A stretch of 63,520 bases of DNA, counting the filler, from an uncultured bacterium (GTDB lineage Bacteria > B130-G9), in NCBI GenBank assembly GCA_965372715.1. It is 14 parts of 14 records of this genome, joined end to end, with 100 filler letters (N's around TTAATTAATTAA, not from the genome) between each part and the next. Parts side by side here need not be neighbours in the genome. Positions count along the whole stretch, not along the records: positions 1 to 7,678 come from CBDVDH010000088.1; positions 7,779 to 14,698 come from CBDVDH010000090.1; 12 more parts are not named here. One strand, 5' to 3'. Both the position numbers and the translations under genes were made by a program. Shown piece after piece: positions 1-10,603 of this stretch. The notes beneath the pieces are model-generated. The model saw only the letters and a list, made by a program, of their open reading frames with translations, was not told where the DNA came from and did not search any database. The stretch's first letter is position 1, and every line of letters starts with the position of its first letter.

Positions 1-3
1 AGA

Positions 4-27
4 GGGCGGCTCGTGAGCCGCCCCTAC
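4..27 (-). repeat. GTAG-type REP palindrome
   Basis: gggcggctc-gt-gagccgccc-ctac; related copy at 56163-56186. Confidence 0.7.
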
Positions 28-42
28 ATTCGCCAATAACGC

Positions 43-76
43 AAAAAAGGCGCTACCGGCTGTCCGGCAGCGCCTT
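43..76 (-). terminator. Intrinsic terminator of the barrel/Ig-lipoprotein operon
   Basis: Minus strand aaggcgctgccgg-acag-ccggtagcgcc-tttttt, downstream of the stop at 124. Confidence 0.8.
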
Positions 77-123
77 CGTGCTGAAATAGCTCTTTGAGAG
101 TGCGGAGTTCTAAACGCTCAGAA

Positions 124-909
124 TCACTCTACGACCTTTTTGTCGGACCTGATCTCCACACAATCCGTCTTGGTTCCGGCCTGTCCACAGACCTTCAGCA
201 GGCCCACATCGCCGTTCGGTCTGAACACCGTCTGTGCAATGCCAAGAGCGTTGGTGTCAGCAGTGGTGGCGTCAAACGTCGAGTTCTCTGCGCCCTGCAC
301 CGAGAAGTAAACCGTAACACCAGTCAGCGGCGCCCCGTATTGGCCAACCACCGTAGCCGTAATCACCGAGTAGTTGTTGTCCGCGTCGGTTATGTGCGTT
401 GGGTCAGCGGCAACCGAGATGGAGGCAACTCTGCTGCCTTGGTCCATGAAAATAATCTCCACCGTGTCCGAGACGCAGCTGCTCTCACAACCGTAGTCGA
501 TGATCGCTATGACCTCCTTTGGTCCGGGGAAATCTGCGTTCGGCGTGTGCTCAGGATCATACGTGAGCCAGAACGACGTGTGCCTCAGCACCTCGCCAGA
601 GATCCTGTTTTCGCCATTCTCGAAAAAGCCACCGGTGGTGGTGACGTTGACTAACACAGCCTCGTCAAGCTCCTCGCCATACCCATTCTTCACGTCAATC
701 ATTATCAGCGAGTTCTCAAAGGGGAATAGCTCGTTAGGCCTCGCTGTAACCGATAACGTGTAAGGCGCGGTTGGGCCTGCTGGCGAATCATCCCTTCCCG
801 AATCAGACCTCGAGCAGGCAAGTGGAATCGCCAAAAACCCCGCGACGATTAGGACTAAACTTATTGTTACAAAACTACTGAAATCGGGAAGTCTAAAGCC
901 TTTTCCCAT
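124..909 (-). CDS. Lipoprotein with bacterial Ig-like (Big_1/invasin-type) domains
   Basis: Hydrophobic N-terminus with PLAC lipobox; Big_1-type motif ISVAADPTHI..ADN..SVITATV..G.PLTGVTVYF..T.ALGIA. Confidence 0.8.
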   Translation of the reverse strand: MGKGFRLPDFSSFVTISLVLIVAGFLAIPLACSRSDSGRDDSPAGPTAPYTLSVTARPNELFPFENSLIMIDVKNGYGEELDEAVLVNVTTTGGFFENGENRISGEVLRHTSFWLTYDPEHTPNADFPGPKEVIAIIDYGCESSCVSDTVEIIFMDQGSRVASISVAADPTHITDADNNYSVITATVVGQYGAPLTGVTVYFSVQGAENSTFDATTADTNALGIAQTVFRPNGDVGLLKVCGQAGTKTDCVEIRSDKKVVE

Positions 910-949
910 TACAAGCCTCCGTCAAGGATTATTTGCTCAAGGCAGTTCA

Positions 950-1474
950 TCACGGAAGATAAGGTGATGGACTATCGCTATAATACCAAAGTATAGCTTT
1001 GCTAACATCCATAAATGGGACAGTAACCTCGGAACCCCAGCCGCCGAAGTCGTAAGTCGTGATCTTGAAGGCCTGATAGTGCCTGATCCCAGGAATCAAC
1101 TCCAGCTCAATTTTCTTCCCGTTCACCGTCGTAACAAGAACCTCCGAAGGCGACAGGACCTCTATCACACGAATGTCCTTGGCGCGAACCGCATACTCCG
1201 TTCCCCTGGCCAGGCCGTAAAACCTGTCGTCAGGATGGCCAACAGTCAGCTCGCGAACGAACCTCGACGTCCCGTTGGCAAGAATGCGCAGCCGCTTCCC
1301 GGAATAGACCTCACCATCTCTGGTATAGATCTTGCCGTAAAGCTCATCCCCATAAAGCAACCGTTTCTGATAGTAGGGCGTCGTATCAGTCTTTGCTCGC
1401 TGCGCAAACTGACAAGCGATACAACCAAAGACCAAGCCAATTATTACTACCAGAATTCCTGATTTTACGAACAT
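950..1474 (-). CDS. Putative lipoprotein of unknown function
   Basis: Signal peptide with VFGC/IAC lipobox-like motif; GGGAGGGA RBS; co-oriented within the operon. Confidence 0.7.
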   Translation of the reverse strand: MFVKSGILVVIIGLVFGCIACQFAQRAKTDTTPYYQKRLLYGDELYGKIYTRDGEVYSGKRLRILANGTSRFVRELTVGHPDDRFYGLARGTEYAVRAKDIRVIEVLSPSEVLVTTVNGKKIELELIPGIRHYQAFKITTYDFGGWGSEVTVPFMDVSKAILWYYSDSPSPYLP

Positions 1475-1644
1475 CTAGGACGTCCCTCCCTTTGAATCCA
1501 CGAAAGAAATGGATCGAATTATTTCACCGGGTAGCCCGCCAGGGGGTGACGGGCTCCCGGGTTCCCGGCCCACCTTACAAGGAGGTGGTAAGAAGACTCT
1601 GTTACTTGCCAGTACAATACGAACATTAATCATCTCGTTTCAAG

Positions 1645-4600
1645 CTACTCCTTGTCCGGCGCTGGCGTGGGCCTCGGCTTGGCTAGCCCACGGGTTAGGC
1701 CGCCCCCACCTCGGGTAGGAGACGGCGACTCCTCTGGCTCTTCCTCTTCCTCAACGATCACAAAGGCAGAAACACAGTCATCGTATCCATCGCAGACGCA
1801 GATAGTGTATTCACCTTTTGCCGTCCAGTATATCTCGAAATCCTCATACTCGCCCAGAACGCCCACGTTCGGGATGCCACCACCTCCGGCCCCGCCGGAT
1901 CCGTCATCAATCCGCCAGTTATAGGACTTCGAACAGCCACCCCAGACCGTGAACCTCACCGACTCCCCGGCGGTCACTCTGGTGCCGCCCGGGCTTACCC
2001 TGGTGCAGAACTGCCCACCGAAGAGCACCGACGTGTTAGCCGTTATGGTCCCAAATCCCGCAGTCTGCGCTCTCAAGAGAACCCGGCCTTCGCCAGTAAC
2101 GTCCAAGAACGCGTTTACGCAGCCGTCGCTGTCGGTCGTGCCGCTGACTATCTGAAGGTTCTGATCGTAATTGAAGAAAGCCGTAGCGGCGATATTGGAG
2201 AAACTATGGATATAAAGATCAACTCGTTTACCAATGACCGGCGAGCCGTCGGACTTGCGCGTCAGGCAGACCCATACGTCCGCAAAGCACCGATCCTCGT
2301 AAGGCGCCAGCTGACAGGGGTTCCCTTCCTCCGGGCTAAGACTCTTGAAGCAGATCTCCTTCGGGAGCGTCTCGTCGAACTTCAGCTGATAGCAGCCGGC
2401 GCCGCCCTCCTCGAAGACCATGTGCTTCTGCGTCCAGAATGCGGGTGGATCGAGGTCGCTCATGTTGCCGAAATCGCAATACTTCTGAGTGATCCTTGCG
2501 GACTCCGTCGATTCACCATGGAGGCAATGACCCACAATCGTTGTAGCGGCCTTGCCCTGATAATCGGTCACGACCGGCACAGTATTCACGCCGGACGCCG
2601 GGAATATCCCCAAGAGGCTGGCCAGCTCCACAGCGACGCCCGCGACAGGACGGTTATCGCTGCACATGACGTAAGCGCCAAACGTTGCCTCTACGGAGCC
2701 GTCCTCAAGGATAGACCAGTCATCCGCAAAGACGCTCGCCACACGGATCTTCCTGAACCGGTAGCTGATCGACTGTCTGTGCGTTCCCGTCGGGCCAACG
2801 TAATCGGCCCAAATGCTCACGTCCTCCTCGGGGCCAGCCGTATCGCGCGAAAGCATGACACTGGTCCACATGCGAGTGGTAGCTACGCCCTGAATATTGG
2901 TTACGACCGGCGAGCCGTGTCTTTCTATGCAGCCGTTCTCGCAGCCGAACGTGATATACGCTCCGCCGACAGGCAGGCCATTCTTGTCGGTCAGAGTGGC
3001 CCTAAGCTGTATCTCCCTTAGCCCGTCTGCCGCGGCGCTTGAGCCGTCGCTCGAATTAGGATCGTCGCTGACCGCGGTCAGCTCGATCGAGTAGTCCTCA
3101 GGCTCAAACTTCATTGTCTCGGTCGCAGATGGCTTTGTATCCGTGCCCAAACACGTATAGCTTGCTGCAACCACTGTGATCGGGCAGTCGCCAGTTGAGT
3201 GCTCGCTGTAGAACTTGACAAGCGCCTGGCCGAGAGCATCCGTCACTTCCGTTACACTGTTGGTTTGGCTCTTCGAGAACTTCACGCCAGAAAGGTGCGC
3301 CGTGAACAGTATCTCCTCACCCGCGACCGGCTCGCCATTCATCGTCAGAACCGCAAGCGCGCTGACCTCTGAATTGTTCGCCTTCGCCACCATCGGGTCA
3401 ATCGTAAGCTGCAATACGCAGTCGTTCTCCTCGAAGATGATGTTGGAAGAGCCCTCGATGGCATCTGTGGTGCCCGGACATGGATCCTCGTCGGTCGTTC
3501 TCGCTGTGATCGTGCACAGGCCCGAGTAGCCCGGACTGCTGAATTGAGCTGTTGCGACGCCCGACTGGTTCGTATAGGCCGTCTCGCCACTCGTGAACAC
3601 AACGCCGTCAAGCGACGCCTCAAACGTGACCTCGATAGCGGCGTCCACCGGTTCACCGTTTATTGTAGCGGTCGCGGTCACGGTTACGTCCTTCCCATCG
3701 GCCTTGGCCGAGGCGGGAACAACGACGGTCATGACGCAGACGTTCGTCTGGAATGTCAAAGCGGTCGAGCCCACAATCGCCTCATCAGAGCCTGGACAGT
3801 TGTAGCTCTCCGTGGTTGCCTGGATGTTGCACTTGCCAACCCCGCCGTCGCTCTTCAACGAGGCGGTAGCCAGTCCGTCCGCTCCCGTGTGCACCACTAC
3901 CGTCTCCGAATCGGACTCGATGAACCTCGTTTTCAAAAGATCGGTAGAAAGCTGGATGGCGATACCGGCCTCCACAAAATGGTCGCCATTCACGTTTACG
4001 CCCATCGTTAGCGTGGCGAAATCGCTATTGTCCGCCTTAACGATGCTCTTGTCCGGCTCAATCACTATCCTGCAGTCGTTCGGCTTGAACGTTATGTTAA
4101 CAAAGCCATCCACATCGTCATCGGAGCCCGGACAGTCGAGTTCAGATTTAGCCTCTATCTTGCACGGGCCAACATAGCCATCGCTCATAACGACCGCCCA
4201 CGCCACACCGTTTTCGTCTGTATAGGCCTTCGCATTCTCGCCGCCGGTGCTCTCGAATGTGATCTTCCCCTCAAGCTTCGGCTCCACAACAACAGCCGAG
4301 AAGTTCACGCCAAATCCCTGCGGAATAGGATTGCCGTTTATCGTGACCGCAGCGGAGACAAGAACAGGCTGTTTAAGGGAACTGGCGACCGACGGCACCG
4401 CAGTTACCGTCATTTCGCACTGATTCTCGTTGAACGTAACTGAAACAGAGTCATCCAGGTTGTCTTCCACACCGGGACACTTCCACACCGCAACCTTACC
4501 GTAAACGGTGCACTCGCCCGCCATCTTACTCCCGAACTTGACCTTCACCTGGCCATTCTCGTCGGTGACAATCGCGATACTGTCAGCGCCGTTGGGCGCG

Positions 4601-6210
4601 AAATATCCTGTCAGGAACGGCGTATCTACCGTGCCTTTGACCAGAAGAACGAGCTCCACTCGCTTGGATACAACTGGCTTACCATTGAAGGTCAGGCTGC
4701 CGGTCAGCTCTATTTGCGAGGCCACTTCGCCATCAGATAGGGCACTGGCCTTGTCAACGCTGAGAACGAAGATGCACTCGTTAGGCGAGAAGGTTACAAG
4801 TCGGTCGTCGCTGGCCTTGTCATCAGCCTCCGAGTCACCCTCGCACGATTCGACCATTGTGGCCGTCACCCGGCAGGCGTCAGCGTATCCGTAGCTTCTG
4901 ATCTTTGCGGTCGCTTTGCCCACGTCATCGGTATAGACGTAATAATCCTCGTCCTTGTTCGTCGCCGTGAAATAGACTCTCCCGTTACCTGTTATTTCCG
5001 TATCACAATCCAGACTGAAAACGACTTGCTCGTTGGCGAGCGCCTCGGCGTTCATCGTTAGAACCGCGGTCGCAGTGACCTCCTCCTCGCCATCCGCCTG
5101 AGCAGTACTCGGATCGACCGTGAGCTCCAGCTCGCAGATGTTCTTCTTGAAATCAATGTATTTGCAGGCGCCGGACATGTCGGTAGGCGTGCCCGATGGG
5201 CAGTCGAAATCGCCGCAATCCACGCAGATGTTGAACGTGCCCACGTCTTGCGCCCAAATCTGAAGGGCAACCTCACCGCTCGAGTTGGTTACTCCGACGC
5301 TGCCGGACACAAAAAGCACATCTTCAGCCGGCTCGCCCGTGGTCCTCGAGGCCGTAAAAGTCAGCTCCTGTCCAACGACCGGCTCCTCGGTAAAGACGAG
5401 CCGACCGGTGATCGTCACGAGGTTCTCGTTTCCTGTGTATGAGACCGTTTTGTCTGCCGTAAGGCTAAGGCTACAGCGATAAGATGGGTTAGGCACGAAC
5501 CTTATCGACAGTTGGTTGCTTACTGTTCCACCACCACGTTTCGCACATAAGACATAATCCATCAGGGTCTCGCTCGTCACGACCACGCTAGCGATGCCCA
5601 TAGAATCTGTTACCCCCTCTGCAAAGGCGGTGTTCGGCAAGTAATGATCGAGAGTAACATCCGCCTGCGCAAGCGGCACCACCGGAGGCGCTACCCGGCC
5701 CGGTAAGGCCCGAGGCGCGTTCCGGACGCCGTCCGCCACCGAACGCCGGCCCAGGTCAGTGCGCCCGGTCGGGCTAACACCGGCAGGGCCGAGGCTCGTA
5801 GGCCGCCGCACACCACTTCCGAACTCATCCCTAGTTAAGGCGCGCTGATTCGACAGATCGCGCTGCTGATCCACGAGAGATGATCCTAGCGGGAGGAACG
5901 TATCGGACGGTCCACCGTAAAGCGGCATCGTCATACCTGTGCTCTCTGTCTTACTGATCAGCCAGAAAACCACCGCCTCATCCGCGATAGGCATATTATA
6001 GGCGTTCTTAAGAGTGGCCGTTAGCTCGATGTTCCTGAACAACTGAGCCTGAGACGAACTTGCAGCCAGTTCGAGAGTGATACCTTCTGGTCCTGTTTCT
6101 GACTTATCTCCTTTGCCCCCCTTGCTGCACCCGCTAAGGTTCCAAACCGTCACGCTTATGACCGCGAACCCTACGAGAAGGAGCAAAGTTACAAGCGGAC
6201 TACGCCTCAT
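1645..6210 (-). CDS. Large Cys-rich lipoprotein with about 10-11 tandem Big_1 Ig-like domains
   Basis: LSGC lipobox; repeated units of about 110 aa (A.ADG...T.TATL..NG.P......F...TD..G.A); AGGAGG RBS. Confidence 0.88.
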   Translation of the reverse strand: MRRSPLVTLLLLVGFAVISVTVWNLSGCSKGGKGDKSETGPEGITLELAASSSQAQLFRNIELTATLKNAYNMPIADEAVVFWLISKTESTGMTMPLYGGPSDTFLPLGSSLVDQQRDLSNQRALTRDEFGSGVRRPTSLGPAGVSPTGRTDLGRRSVADGVRNAPRALPGRVAPPVVPLAQADVTLDHYLPNTAFAEGVTDSMGIASVVVTSETLMDYVLCAKRGGGTVSNQLSIRFVPNPSYRCSLSLTADKTVSYTGNENLVTITGRLVFTEEPVVGQELTFTASRTTGEPAEDVLFVSGSVGVTNSSGEVALQIWAQDVGTFNICVDCGDFDCPSGTPTDMSGACKYIDFKKNICELELTVDPSTAQADGEEEVTATAVLTMNAEALANEQVVFSLDCDTEITGNGRVYFTATNKDEDYYVYTDDVGKATAKIRSYGYADACRVTATMVESCEGDSEADDKASDDRLVTFSPNECIFVLSVDKASALSDGEVASQIELTGSLTFNGKPVVSKRVELVLLVKGTVDTPFLTGYFAPNGADSIAIVTDENGQVKVKFGSKMAGECTVYGKVAVWKCPGVEDNLDDSVSVTFNENQCEMTVTAVPSVASSLKQPVLVSAAVTINGNPIPQGFGVNFSAVVVEPKLEGKITFESTGGENAKAYTDENGVAWAVVMSDGYVGPCKIEAKSELDCPGSDDDVDGFVNITFKPNDCRIVIEPDKSIVKADNSDFATLTMGVNVNGDHFVEAGIAIQLSTDLLKTRFIESDSETVVVHTGADGLATASLKSDGGVGKCNIQATTESYNCPGSDEAIVGSTALTFQTNVCVMTVVVPASAKADGKDVTVTATATINGEPVDAAIEVTFEASLDGVVFTSGETAYTNQSGVATAQFSSPGYSGLCTITARTTDEDPCPGTTDAIEGSSNIIFEENDCVLQLTIDPMVAKANNSEVSALAVLTMNGEPVAGEEILFTAHLSGVKFSKSQTNSVTEVTDALGQALVKFYSEHSTGDCPITVVAASYTCLGTDTKPSATETMKFEPEDYSIELTAVSDDPNSSDGSSAAADGLREIQLRATLTDKNGLPVGGAYITFGCENGCIERHGSPVVTNIQGVATTRMWTSVMLSRDTAGPEEDVSIWADYVGPTGTHRQSISYRFRKIRVASVFADDWSILEDGSVEATFGAYVMCSDNRPVAGVAVELASLLGIFPASGVNTVPVVTDYQGKAATTIVGHCLHGESTESARITQKYCDFGNMSDLDPPAFWTQKHMVFEEGGAGCYQLKFDETLPKEICFKSLSPEEGNPCQLAPYEDRCFADVWVCLTRKSDGSPVIGKRVDLYIHSFSNIAATAFFNYDQNLQIVSGTTDSDGCVNAFLDVTGEGRVLLRAQTAGFGTITANTSVLFGGQFCTRVSPGGTRVTAGESVRFTVWGGCSKSYNWRIDDGSGGAGGGGIPNVGVLGEYEDFEIYWTAKGEYTICVCDGYDDCVSAFVIVEEEEEPEESPSPTRGGGGLTRGLAKPRPTPAPDKE

Positions 6211-6288
6211 GCTTGAATTCCTCCTAATTGCGAAAATCGACCCAAGTCAAGCTCTTAATGGTAATTAAACGCTAGCAAAGTCCCAAAT

Positions 6289-7074
6289 CTACCAAGAAAC
6301 CACGATGTCCGCCGAAGCGGCATCGGTTTGCTCATCAAAATAACCGTCGGAGTCGAGTTTCTGATAGTAGTAGCCGACGGTTGTGGTCAGCGCCACTGGC
6401 AGCCAGTCGCCGCCCTCAATGGTGTAGCCCAAACCTCCCTTAAGAGTAAAGCCCCAGGCGTCGCTGTCGTTGATCAAGAACTGAGCGTACGGCATAAGCT
6501 CGCCCGAGCCATAGAAAAACGCACCGCTTTGGCCAAGAGGCACGCCTACTTTCACGCCAAAGCCCCCCCCGAACATCTCCTCATCCTCAGCAAAATCGCC
6601 AGGCCAATCCCCTTTTCTCCGACCAAATTCATACTTCTTATAATGGTAATCAAGGAATAGCGAGAAGTGAGGAATAATCCGATAACAAGCATCCAACCGA
6701 ACGTAAGTCAGGTCCAAGCTGAATTGGTTGTCCACCGCATTCACATCGCCTACCGAATCATAGGCATCGAGGTCGCCAAAATATGTGGACACAACAAACT
6801 CAAAATCATCCCAAAACATGTCTGTATTCGCGATCTGAACGCTCAAGACCGGCCCAAAGAGATTCCCCTCGTAATAGACCTCAAACGGGTTGGGGACGTC
6901 ACCAACGTCTGGATAACGGATCTCTGTATCGGTCAGAAAAAGCGTCTTGAGGCCCAACGTGAATGTGAACCTGTCAATACCACGCTCCTGCGCCTCGCGC
7001 TTCTGGCAAAGACCGATACAGGGAACCAGCAGAAGGCAAACCAAAATGAACGCCCAAAGCCGGCGTGTTTTCAT
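6289..7074 (-). CDS. Outer-membrane beta-barrel protein
   Basis: Signal peptide, amphipathic beta-strands, C-terminal aromatic residue (ADIVVSW); AAGGAG RBS. Confidence 0.75.
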   Translation of the reverse strand: MKTRRLWAFILVCLLLVPCIGLCQKREAQERGIDRFTFTLGLKTLFLTDTEIRYPDVGDVPNPFEVYYEGNLFGPVLSVQIANTDMFWDDFEFVVSTYFGDLDAYDSVGDVNAVDNQFSLDLTYVRLDACYRIIPHFSLFLDYHYKKYEFGRRKGDWPGDFAEDEEMFGGGFGVKVGVPLGQSGAFFYGSGELMPYAQFLINDSDAWGFTLKGGLGYTIEGGDWLPVALTTTVGYYYQKLDSDGYFDEQTDAASADIVVSW

Positions 7075-7410
7075 CTAAATCTCCTTTCACTCTCTTCGCT
7101 TACGTACCTCAGCCGCAAAGGACGCTGCCATCAGCAAACGCAACAATGGTGTAAGGAATACTACCCCACTCAAGCAAGCAACAACTAAACCTTACGATCA
7201 AATACTATTTCGCAGACTCTAAGTCAAACTAGCATAGCCCCATTCACGAATGCCACCCACGCCTCAACCGTCCCACAGAAATCCCGGACATCCCAAATAA
7301 CTGGACAGAATGGCTAAGGACAGATTCTCAGGTGAAATCTATAACACAACCAATCTCGGCATGTCAACCATAAAATCTGAGGTGTCTCCTCGTAGAGTCC
7401 AAAATCCAAA

Positions 7411-7437
7411 GTCTAACGTCTAACGTCTAACGTCCAA
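7411..7437. repeat. Heptamer tandem repeat (gtctaac)x3-4
   Basis: gtctaac gtctaac gtctaac gtccaa. Confidence 0.8.
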
Positions 7438-7631
7438 GGTCGCCGACAAGCGAGTCGAGCTCCCAAGAACGGGCCAGCAACGGGAGCCTCTGTAGCTCGC
7501 CCGGACGGTCGCGGCATGGCGAAGTCTAGCCTAGCATAGAATGCCGCGTGCCGCCCAGACCCAGCCCGTATTATTCATAAACTCGCGATGCCATTCGGAC
7601 GCGACACTCTGTCACGCGAGACCCTGTCTTT

Positions 7632-7655
7632 GGCAGGCTGGAAAGCCCGCCCCAC
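7632..7655. repeat. REP-like palindrome, family 2
   Basis: ggcaggctggaaagcccgccccac; related copies at 9386-9410, about 39656-39678 and 42421-42444. Confidence 0.7.
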
Positions 7656-7678
7656 ACCGACGAGAGTCATGCCCTTGA

Positions 7679-7778
7679 NNNNNNNNNNNNNNNNNNNNNN
7701 NNNNNNNNNNNNNNNNNNNNNNTTAATTAATTAANNNNNNNNNNNNNNNNNNNNNNNNNNNNNNNNNNNNNNNNNNNN
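7679..7778. other. Artificial contig spacer (first of 13)
   Basis: N44-TTAATTAATTAA-N44. Others at 14699-14798, 21298-21397, 27753-27852, 33593-33692, 39315-39414, 43758-43857, 47058-47157, 50207-50306, 53237-53336, 56258-56357, 59062-59161, 61785-61884. Contig lengths decrease steadily. Confidence 0.98.
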
Positions 7779-9219
7779 GCGAGCCGACGAGATAACCTCC
7801 GGGACGGAACCGCGAGGCGTTGAGCGAGCACTCGATTGTCGGTCCACCTAAGTAGATCGGATAGTGATAGCCCATATCGACTATGCCGGTGTCAGGCCCG
7901 CAGTCCGTCCTCGTCGTGAGCTCGTCCAGGCCAAGCGCCTCCGCCGTATCGTTGCCCGCGTCGATGCAAGGGCTGTTCTCGCCCTGCCCCGCCGCCTCGC
8001 ACGACAGATAGTAATCGCCTATCGGTCCGCTCACGAACAGTGGATCGTCCGAGATGTTGCCCTCGCCGGGATAGCCGCCTTGAATACAGGAGTACGAGAA
8101 AGGTATCTCCCATCCCGTTGGATAAATGGTGTCCCCATCTCCCCACAGTATGCAATCCCGGAATGTAGGAGTCGCACTCAAACAACATACCGCCCCGCCC
8201 ATGTCATAGCCCGTACTGTTCCCGGCAATTGTACAATTCACTATCTCAGGGGAACACTCGGTCTCGGTCATGCCGATCAGAAAGGCGCCTCCATAGCGCG
8301 ATGAGTAGTTTCGTACAAAAAGGCAGTTCATGATCAAAGGGGAGCTGTCCGCGAGGAAAATCCCGCCGCCCATTCCGCTGGTACTAAGATCGCCAGCACA
8401 AGAATTGTCGCTTATGATGCTGTTGCTTATGACGGTGTAGTACCCGTCCTGAGCGCCATGGCCCATTTGATCCGTGAAGCACTTACGCCCATACGGGGTA
8501 TCAGTGCCGCTAATACCCGCACCCGCGGAACCACCGTCTCTCCTCCCAAACGCCTCGTTCTCGGCTATGACGCAGCCGTCAATTGTCAGTGAACAATTCG
8601 CCCATTTTATCCCGGCGCCGGCGCAGAATCCATCCTGGTCCGTCTCACCGTCAACAGTATTGCCGATAATCTCACAGTTCAAGAGCGAAGCGGATGATTC
8701 TAATAGAAGTATTCCTCCCCCCATCACGGCGTTGTTCTCAGTTATGGTGCAACCCTCGATCGTGAGATCATCGCCGTATCTGCACAATATGCCTCCACCT
8801 ACTGCGGCAAGCTGGTTGCCATCGGCATTGCCGCCTCTGATCGTCAGGTACTCGATTCGAACCTCGCTAACAGAGCCGGCAAGAATGACATGATAGGCAT
8901 CGCCCTCAGCATCGAGTATCGTCGAATCTGCCCCGGCGCCGACAAGCGAGACGTATGACTCCATCGAAATGGGGTATGGCTCGCCATTGGTTGAGGGGGA
9001 ATACGTCCCGGCGGCGATGTGAATTGTTACCGGATCGCTCGAGCTGCCTCGAACACGTGACAGGGCGTACCCAATATTCAGCCAAGCGTCGCCCGGGGAT
9101 CGACCGGTGTTGGAATTACTTCCGGCCTCTGCATCAACGTAAAACTCACCAGCAGAAGCCATTCCGCAAAGCAGAACAGCGGCAATACCGAACAGTAGCA
9201 CCATTCTGAGCCTTGACAT
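7779..9219 (-). CDS. Secreted right-handed beta-helix protein (DUF1565-like N-terminus), 3' end cut by contig end; paralog A
   Basis: Signal peptide, FYVDAEAGSNSNTG, repeated GGGI.C motifs, DPLFV..SPCIDAG..DMGYHY; start reassigned to ATG 9219 behind GGAGG. Confidence 0.85.
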
Positions 9220-9287
9220 GGCAGGTTCCTCCATTCATAGAGTAGGTTGAAGAATGGCCCGAGAGTATTCTACGGGCCGCTGCCTTT

Positions 9288-9316
9288 ATAATGCACAACT
9301 AAGACATTGCTGTAAA
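9288..9316 (-). promoter_or_regulatory. Sigma70-like promoter conserved upstream of all three beta-helix paralogs
   Basis: TTTACA-N17-CATTAT with extended TG; counterparts at 30428-30456 (TTTACA/CATCAT) and 33192-33220 (TTTACG/CATCAT). Confidence 0.55.
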
Positions 9317-9521
9317 GGCAAGATTTAACAGGAATACGTTCCTGATTGTTAAGCCGGATCATTGAGGGCCGTGACTCTGACAGGTGTGGGGCAGGCTTTC
9401 CGAGGCTGCCAAAGGCGAAGACGGTCAGTTTCCAGGCTCCAGCGAGGAAGAGGAGGCTGACGACCGTGGGCGTCAGAGGGGAGGCGGAATAGACCTGGAC
9501 TGAGGCGAGCCGCGTCGCTTG

Positions 9522-10511
9522 TCAGGCGGCCCGTTGTTTGCCCTGATTGTAGAAGGCGTGCAGGAGCACAGCGAGCGCGATGGAGTGGAGCTCGTTGTTC
9601 TGAACCTCAACGCGTGACGTGATGATCATCGGCTTGCCTGCGCCAACCAGAACGCTGCCCGTCTTGGCGTGTGCGAACCTTATCAGCGACTTGTACAGGA
9701 TGTTGCCTTCCTCGATCTTGTTCACGATAAGAATGTCCGCATCGCCCGCGACCTCGCCTTTGACGCCTTTCAGTTCGGCGGCGGCTTTGAATGTGGCTAC
9801 ATCGAGCGAGAGCGGGCCATCGACTAGGGCGCCTCTTATCTGACCCCGATCGCCCATCTTGGAGACGATGGCGTTCTCCATTGCCGCCTCCATCGACGGA
9901 TTCACCACCTCAACCGCGGCCATCAGCGCAACCTTCGGCAGGCTCACGCCGATAGCGTTGGCGACGGAGATAGCGTTCTCGATTATGACCTTCTTCTGCT
10001 GTATCGAAGGCTTGATCACGACCGCGGCGTCGGACATCAGAAGGAGCTTGTGATAATCCGGAATCTCGAGGCAGGACACTTGCGTCAAAAGACCAGAAAC
10101 GCCCAATTCCCTCTTTCTTGCCAGAACCGCCTTCAAGAAATCAACCGCAGGAACCGCCCCCCGCATCAGAACGTCCGCATCATCCGTCGCGAGCATCTCC
10201 ACAGACTGCTTGAGCGCAGAGTCGTATTCTGGAGCGTCAATCACCTCGTATGCCCCAAGGTTCACGCTGACGCTCCTTGCCGCCGCCTCAATCGCGCTCT
10301 TGTCGCCCACCAAAATTGGGGAGATGATGCCTCGCTCCCGGGCAAGCTCAACCGCCTCAATCAATTTGGCGTCCTCGGCACAGGCCAAGACCATGCGCCT
10401 GCTCCCCGTTTCCGAGGCGCGCGCTTCGCAGACCGCAATCATCTGCTCAAACGTTCTCATAGGCGTGTTGTCGCCAAGCCCCTGTATCCACTGCTCTAAA
10501 GTATTCAGCAT
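9522..10511 (-). CDS. ptb: Phosphate butyryltransferase (PTA_PTB family)
   Basis: DGPLSLDVA, GEVAGDADIL, EEGNILYK, GAGKPMIITSR; adjacent to buk. Confidence 0.88.
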   Translation of the reverse strand: MLNTLEQWIQGLGDNTPMRTFEQMIAVCEARASETGSRRMVLACAEDAKLIEAVELARERGIISPILVGDKSAIEAAARSVSVNLGAYEVIDAPEYDSALKQSVEMLATDDADVLMRGAVPAVDFLKAVLARKRELGVSGLLTQVSCLEIPDYHKLLLMSDAAVVIKPSIQQKKVIIENAISVANAIGVSLPKVALMAAVEVVNPSMEAAMENAIVSKMGDRGQIRGALVDGPLSLDVATFKAAAELKGVKGEVAGDADILIVNKIEEGNILYKSLIRFAHAKTGSVLVGAGKPMIITSRVEVQNNELHSIALAVLLHAFYNQGKQRAA

Positions 10512-10603
10512 AGTTCTAACCTAACCCTCAAGATGCCATCAATCGCTTGAAAAATCCGTATTCGCTGCTGGGCGACAGATGGTGTCGAGGCGCCTCGGCA
10601 GCT

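Noticed and set aside
7411-7437. GTCTAAC repeats as attC inverse cores
   Set aside because: Simple tandem heptamer with no matching GTTAGAC arm
7679-7778. Recurrent TTAATTAATTAA motif and ORFs running into X residues
   Set aside because: Artificial all-frame stop linker between contigs
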